Below, piece by piece: positions 56,786 through 64,000 of a stretch of 64,000 bases of DNA. Made by a program: the position numbers and the translations under genes. Position 1 is the stretch's first letter. Every line of letters starts with the position of its first letter. The notes below the pieces were generated by a model. The model was given only the letters and a program-made list of their open reading frames with translations. It was not told the origin of the DNA and did not search any database. The stretch is from Octopus sinensis (Eukaryota), in assembly GCF_006345805.1 (NCBI RefSeq), contig NC_043012.1, positions 17,732,001 to 17,796,000 of the forward strand. Reading direction: 5' to 3'.

Positions 56786-59447
56786 TATATATATATATAT
56801 ACATACAGCGTATGTGTGAATAATATAGGTGTATATGATATATATTCATACGTATATATGTGTATAATGTTAAATATATATGTATGTATATATACATACA
56901 CATAAATACACATATATACATATATACTTATATATCTATATTATTCGTATCTCTTTCTCTCTCTCTATCACTATCTATCTCTCTCTCTCTCTCTTTCTCT
57001 CTGTATATATATATATAATATATGTATATCATATGTATATATATATATACATATATATATATGTGTATATATATATACACATATAAATGTATATATATGT
57101 TTTTTCTATAATCCTTTATATGTATTTGTATGTACCTTCGTATGAAGCTATATACTTTTATATTTGTGTATATTCACTGGAAGCTAAGCTGTTATTTAAA
57201 CAATTCAATAAAACAACAAAGCATAATCAATATTAATGTTCGTGGTTGGGAATGGATTGATATGAATTGATGTTTTCCGAATTTATTTGCCGTCTACAGA
57301 CACCTTTTCCTCGGAATATAATCTACCGACTTTGATTAGTAATGCTATAACGTAGCTGACTTTATTTAAATACGTACATAGATAAACAGACCAACACATA
57401 TATTCATTTTCACATATTTAAGAAAATGTTATAAGTGTATGTAATCTCGTTCGCGCTCAGACATACACTCATACAATGGCGCACATACACACACACAAAC
57501 ATATACATACAGGTAGACAGACATACAGTCAGATAGATAGATAGACAGACAGACAGATCGATCGATAGTTAGATTGATAGATGGATAGTTAGATACGTAG
57601 ATAGATAAATCCCAGACCAACTTGAATTCTTACCGGTTCTTATACATAGCTTCATTAATGTACAGATCAACTTTGCCAGGAACATCGCATAATCGATATC
57701 ATAATTCATGTGTATGGATATGTGTAACCGTAAACCCCTGAAGATATAGGAATTTTCGACTTGATCATATCTGACCGAAAATCATTGTTTGAGCTCCAAA
57801 AACTATACAAAAATATGCTAAGTGTTGGTTCAATTTACACGACTAATTTAGATAGTCTCAACAGGCCTTGCATGTATTCCATCACGGAAGATTTGAACTA
57901 TACCCTCAGAAATGTTTTTAACTGAATTTTGCCTAAACTCCAACACTTGAAATTTAAACGTCTTTCTAGAAGCTATATGCCTATTCTCAGATTGAGAGAG
58001 GGTTGATAGATATACACTGATGCCTGTCTTTATCTGGCATCAACTTCCACACACTGATGAACTGTAATTTTTCTCTCAAAGTGGTATGCTATCAACTGTC
58101 TACATGTATTGTGTCTTATAAATGTTTACAAGGCAACCTCTACTTGTTTGAAATGGTAGATATAAGAACGTAATTTCCTTCAAGTCCTATGTTAAACATT
58201 TGAAAATGACAGGGAAACGACACGTTAGACAATCTGGGCCGACGTATGCATAAAGTGAAGGTGACTGAACGCAACGTCTTGAAATGGTAGATCTGATTTG
58301 CTGCTAAATCTTAATGACGATAGAAAGTCTTTAAGGTTGCTATGATTAAAAATGTAAGTTTTGTTAGGTACGAGAAGCATGAGGTTTCTTTGAAACTCTT
58401 GTTAGTTGAGGGTCATAAAATATATATTTACAGGAGTCAGAGAAGTGCATTAAGCGGAAGAAGTGGAGTAAATGACACTAGCAGTCGTGCATTTGAAGGT
58501 TGGGGAGCTATCGCAATATATTTCTCATTGCCAAACATGTGGTCGCTAAGAACCTGCGGGTAGAAATTAATGCAAAAGCAATATTTTAACTGTAGTCTAT
58601 TCGGACAGCATCACAATAACAACTACAAAAAATATGTAAAAAAATATGAAATATTTTAAAGTGATGCTGTACTAAGTACAGTGTTTTGAAAAGATTTCTT
58701 TTGATCTGTACAACTATCATAAATAACAGCAACGTTTCCATTAAACCAAAAGGTACTGTCATGTAAAAGAGGATAAATTAGTCCTCGAAAATCCCCAAAC
58801 AGTTGGATTTCCATAACTAGATTTGCTCTTGATTTGATCAGAGTACCCCTGTAGAGAAATTACTACAGTACTTGTAAATTTGGCTCAGAGAAGGAGCTCG
58901 CCTCTGCTATACCGACCCACTAAAAATAACAGTAAGCTTTGTCCCAAATCACAAACACAATACATTCTTTAAACGAAACTAGATATTAGACAATGATTTT
59001 TGGAAGATCACGAACGAGGAAACGTTGATCAAAAGACCACTTGATCAAGTTTGATTTGTAATTGAACAACAACGATACCAGCTCAACATTAACAACAACG
59101 GCGATACTAAAACTAATAAAAATCTAAAACTCCAAATCTTACTTCAATGCAATGAAAAGTTGTTCGAATCTTTTTTTCAAAATTCATTTTATTAACCATG
59201 AGCTTTTCGGTATTGGTGGCTATAAGTCAAGATGGAGCCAACCAAGGGATTATAAGTCAAGAGGGAAGTAAACGAAGAAAAATACACGCACATATATAGG
59301 CATCGACATGCAAGCACAAACATGCACGCAGTACACAGTCATATATACATGCAAAATATAAATACATATAATATGATACATACGTATATGTGTGTGTGTG
59401 TGGATATATACACACACACACACATATATATACATACATACATATAT

Positions 59448-59561
<114 letters not shown>

Positions 59562-59577
59562 ATATATATATATATAT

Positions 59578-59613
<36 letters not shown>

Positions 59614-60012
59614 GACGCACATACAAGCAGATATGCGGTTTTAATAAAATTGTAAAATATTGCTCTTATTTTATTTATGTTCGTCAATTTTGCTACAGAT
59701 TTAAGACATTTTACATTACGGAAACATAATAAATAGACACTCTGTACAGAAGGTAATCTTAATCTGTCAAAAATTGACAGTTAAAAAGCTTGTATAGTTT
59801 TATTTGAGAGAAAGCACGATTAATAATATACACGAAGAAACAAATACAAAATAATTACAATAACAAACACAAAGAGATTGCTTAGAGCCTTGCACAACAA
59901 CACACACCTAAACACAGCAACACACGATTTCACTCAGAGTTTATTTGTATGTGCTTTTTGTATATGTATTCTCATGCATATATATAACTGTATCTGTATA
60001 AGTATGTGTAGT

Positions 60013-60086
<74 letters not shown>

Positions 60087-60140
60087 AATGCATGTGTGTG
60101 GATATGTCCATGTATGTATGTATGCATGTATGTACGTACG

Positions 60141-60203
<63 letters not shown>

Positions 60204-60335
60204 AAGATATGTAAAAATATATACGCACAAATAGATGCACATACATATGTATATACATATGCACACTGTATAACCTCACACAACGAGGGAGTGAAAGACA
60301 TTTAAATCTACTAAATACATACATATATTTCACCA

Positions 60336-60409
<74 letters not shown>

Positions 60410-60535
60410 TCATACATAGACTCTAACACACACAAACGCACATCTGCGGATAGTGAGGGTGGAAAAAATATAGAGACAGAAAGAGAGAAAGAAGGAGAAC
60501 AGAATTCCGCTGCCATTTGTATACAATGAACTTGT

Positions 60536-60566
<31 letters not shown>

Positions 60567-60638
60567 GCATGTTTGTATCTATATATATTATATATATGCA
60601 TCTATGCGTAGGTACCCTTACACCCCCCACACACACAC

Positions 60639-60691
<53 letters not shown>

Positions 60692-61544
60692 TGTATATAT
60701 GTGGGTGTGTGTATAGTTAGACAGACGCTCACACTCATACACAAACGGGTGCAAAGAGTTGCTTGGTTTTTGTTTATATACCTAATAATTACAATGTGTA
60801 TTTGACATTATATCTACAATAGATTTGCACTAAAACTAAAACTACAACCAAAAAAAAAATCAAACAAAAACAGGGAAATACGAAATAAAACGAAAGAAAA
60901 CCAACGAGACACTGCTAAAGAAAAGAAAAAAATGAAATGAAAAGCAAATACTTGCGGTTGATTTACTAAACGAAATTCAAATCATTCGACCACAGTCTGA
61001 TAGGCAGAAGTTTTTGCCCACCTATATTTACTTAGGAAGAAAGTGAGATTTGGCAAGTAAAGTCAAATAAATAAAACTGCACGAATTTTCTTATGAGATG
61101 TAAAGATGGGTTGTACTGCTTGTACATCACAATTGGCTTACTCACAGCTGTGGAGGAGTTAGTTGCGTAGCTTCAACGAGGTGAAAAATTCTCGTAATAT
61201 TAAAGTAAAAGAGCAAAAAAATACCTCAACAAAGCAAAAATACTGCAATAAAACTCACTGAAAAATATATATATAAAAAAAAACGTAAGCGAAATCACAC
61301 AAGTAGGCAAAAAGTGATGTGTCAGCATTACTTTGGGAATATTGCATAGAGGCGTATATTTTTACTTAAGAAAATGTACATATATTTTACGTAGCCAGTT
61401 ATTGTATATAACGGCACTAGCTCATACACACCCATACAACACACGGTATAGATATGTGCATGTGTGTTTGTGTGTGCATATACATAAGATATGCCCCTGC
61501 GTGTATGTATTTTATATACTCTTTACTCTTTTACTCTCTTACTT

Positions 61545-61992
61545 GTTTCAGTGAGTTGACTGCGGCCATGCTGGAGCACCGCCTTTAATCGAGCAACTCG
61601 ACCCCGGGATTTATTCTTTGTAAGCCCAGTACTTGTTCTATCGGTCTCTTTTGCCGAACCGCTAAGTGACGGGGACATAAACACACCAGCATCGGTTGTC
61701 AAGCAATGCTAGGGGGACAAACACACATACAAACACACACACGCACACACACACACACATACATACATACATACATATATACCAACACATATAAACCAAC
61801 ACGAATTGCCAAGCGGTGATACATATATACGACAGGCATCTTTCAGTTTCCTTCTACCAAATCCACTCACAAGGCTTTGGTCGGCCCGAGGCTATAGTAG
61901 AAGACACTTGCCCAAGGTGCCACGCAGTGGGACTGAACCCGGAACTATGTGGTTGGTAAACAAGCTACTTATCACACAGCCACTCCTGCGCC
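61545..61992 (-). mobile_element. tRNA-derived SINE family B (CORE-like), full length
   Basis: Minus-strand head AGGCGCAGGAGTGGCTGTGTG...CCGGGTTCAGTCCCACTGCGTGGCACCTTGGGCAAGTGTCTTCTACTATAGCC; homologous to 13080-13395. Confidence 0.85.
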
Positions 61993-62201
61993 TATGTATA
62001 TATATATTCTTTATGTAAATGTATTTCAAATTTATCCACCGTATTTTCTTTGCCAGATATGTTATTGAGCGTAGCGTTGACAAATTGCTAATTATTTATT
62101 GAAAAACATCAATGAATTAATTTTTTCTATAGACGAACTACGATAGCTTGTGCCTTCTGAAGCAGATGTGCGTATATCTGCTTAACATAGACACATAGAA
62201 T

Positions 62202-62237
<36 letters not shown>

Positions 62238-62245
<8 letters not shown>

Positions 62246-62559
62246 ATCTAGGAATGGTCATTTTGCCAGTTTAGCCAATAAAAACGCACGCACTATATAT
62301 TTGGTGTTACTTTGCTTCAGTGTTATTTATTTTTTACATTAGTCTTAATCTTATTTCGGCCGGAGTTCTTTCGTCACACTCCTGTGACGCATCCGTGGTC
62401 CTTTGTTTTCTTCTTACTTATTTGTGTCTCTCCTTACTAACCGTCAGCCATTTTGTATTTCTCTGACGGTTAGTAAGGAGAGACACAAATAAGTAAGAAG
62501 AAGAAAACAAAGGACCACTGATGCGGTCACAGGAGTGTGACGAAAGAACTCTGGTCGAA
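62238..62559. mobile_element. Penelope-type repeat (family D) with a terminal inverted duplication
   Basis: 62238-62440 matches 14058-14252. 62355-62447 is the near reverse complement of 62463-62559, with a 15-nt loop. Confidence 0.88.
62513..62556 (+). ncRNA. Type I hammerhead-like motif with CUGAUGCG core
   Basis: GACCA CTGATGCG GTCACA-GGAG-TGTGAC GAAA G-AA-C TC TGGTC. Perfect 5-bp stem I and 6-bp stem II; CUC triplet. Confidence 0.6.
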
Positions 62560-63007
62560 TTAAGAAGGAGTGGACAAACAAAAGAAGGTCATTCATCCAA
62601 TTTATTGGGTGTTACATGTATGGATCAAAACAGCTTGATTCAAATTCGTTGGTGATCTTGAAAGTTTCAAGCGGCTGCTAGTCATCAGCTATATAGTGAT
62701 TGACGACTATAATCGTGCTTGAAACTCAAGCAATACATGAACAATAGGGGAACGTGAGTTACCTACCTTACCTTTAAGTTTTACTAAGGAATTCAGTGGT
62801 TCTCTTATCTTTATTCATCATCAAACTGTGGTCACACTGGGGTACCGCATTGAAGAATTTTAATCGAACAAATTAGCAACAGTTCTTTTTTATGCCTGGT
62901 ACTTTTTTATTGTCCTCTTTTATACAACCTATAAATTACCTGAACGTAAACAAACCAACACCAATTGTTAAGCGGTGCTGTGGGATAAACACAAACACAA
63001 ACCTACA

Positions 63008-63048
<41 letters not shown>

Positions 63049-63059
63049 CTTCTCTATTA

Positions 63060-63460
63060 ATAAGTTTCTTTACGCTTTGAATCCTCCTGGAATTCCTTCT
63101 CACAAAATGACATTGAAGAAAGGTGTTGCAATCATGCTTTTGAGAAATTTGGATCTCCCAAAGCTGTGCAATGGAACGAGACTGATTGTCAGGCAAATAA
63201 ATCCACATCTTTTGGAAGCAACAATCCTCACTGGGCAAAGAAAGAGAGAAAATGTATTTATTCCAAGACGTTCACTGATTACAGCACACGAGCCCTTTAA
63301 ATTCAAGGAACTTCAGTTTGCAGTAATAGCTTCTTTCGCCATGTCAATTAACAAGTATCGCAGATAATCACTGAAAATTGTTGGACTTCACTCATGCAGC
63401 AATGCTTTTCTCATGGTCAACTCTATGTTGGTTGTTGCAGAGTTGGAAATGGCAAAAAAT
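63060..63460 (+). pseudogene. Helitron-type PIF1-family helicase C-terminal fragment
   Basis: LNPPGIPSHKMTLKKGVAIMLLRNLDLPKLCNGTRL...VFIPR...FKELQFAVIASFAMSINK, then a stop/frameshift, then FSHGQLYVGCCRV (helicase motifs V-VI). Confidence 0.9.
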
Positions 63461-63705
63461 ACTGAAACCATTTGTTTGTCCTGCTGTTTAAAGTGATCTC
63501 CAAATGTGACGATAATGAAAAACTGTCCAAATATGATACTCCGTGATATAAATTTGAGATGGTAGGTTACCAATAAATGCTTTATCAATATTTCTGTCTT
63601 TAGTTTTGGGTTGCAAGCCCAATTAGCCCTTCAGCAGGAGCTAACTCGAAGGTCTACACGTACTGTGACTTTTAAGTCCGTATATATATATATATATATA
63701 TAACA

Positions 63706-63746
63706 TTTTAGTACCGGTTTCAGCATTTCCGACTTTTTCAACTTAG
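63706..63746 (-). ncRNA. Hammerhead-like motif with U3-A8 variant core (family C, element ~63700-63890)
   Basis: Minus strand AAG TTGAAAA AGT-CGGAAAT-GCT GAAA CCGG TA CT. Confidence 0.5.
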
Positions 63747-63910
63747 AGTAAATAATGAAACAAAATTAAATAATTACATTGTGAAAAAACTAAATGAATA
63801 TTCTTAAAAATATATCCATAGTTTTCAAATGTAAGAGACATTTTCCTTTTGTCTGTCTGTCTCCCTCTTTTTTACTCCTGTGAGGGCTTGGTAGCAGATA
63901 GTAGTAGCAG

Positions 63911-63961
<51 letters not shown>

Positions 63962-64000
63962 ATGTACATACTTGGCCAAAAGTTACCTGACAGTACGTCA

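Noticed and set aside
57731-57790. CTGAAGA ... GAAA spacing
   Set aside because: Stems II and III do not pair convincingly and there is no NUH/stem I closure.
62975-63460. Host PIF1 gene
   Set aside because: Intronless fragment with a stop/frameshift, a Helitron-type signature, and an N-terminus made of (TA)n.

Overview
AT-rich eukaryotic genomic DNA, most likely octopus/cephalopod. This is inferred from the tRNA-derived SINE families, RTE/Dong/CR1-type LINE relics and the very high load of (TA)n, (AAT)n, (TAGA)n, (TATG)n and (GAT)n microsatellites. I recognise no host protein-coding gene, so the window looks intergenic or deep-intronic, and most ORFs in the supplied track are translations of microsatellites. 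Recognisable content: three decayed mariner transposases, three maT/DD37D-like copies, MITEs, an RTE 3' end, and a young CR1/L2-like LINE inserted with a 5-bp duplication into a Dong/R4 endonuclease relic. There is also a second Dong 3' end inside an (AAT)n tract, Penelope RT relics, a Helitron PIF1 helicase fragment, many SINEs (including a head-to-tail array), and three local tandem duplications (3x ~1.6 kb, ~2.2/1.5 kb, 2x ~0.95 kb). The main finding is about 13 minimal type I hammerhead-ribozyme-like motifs from about 7 repeat families, sitting in Penelope-type pseudo-LTR or foldback structures. Three copies share a compensatory U3-A8 core and two share an atypical CUGAUGCG core. All calls were made by eye; no searches or folding programs were run.
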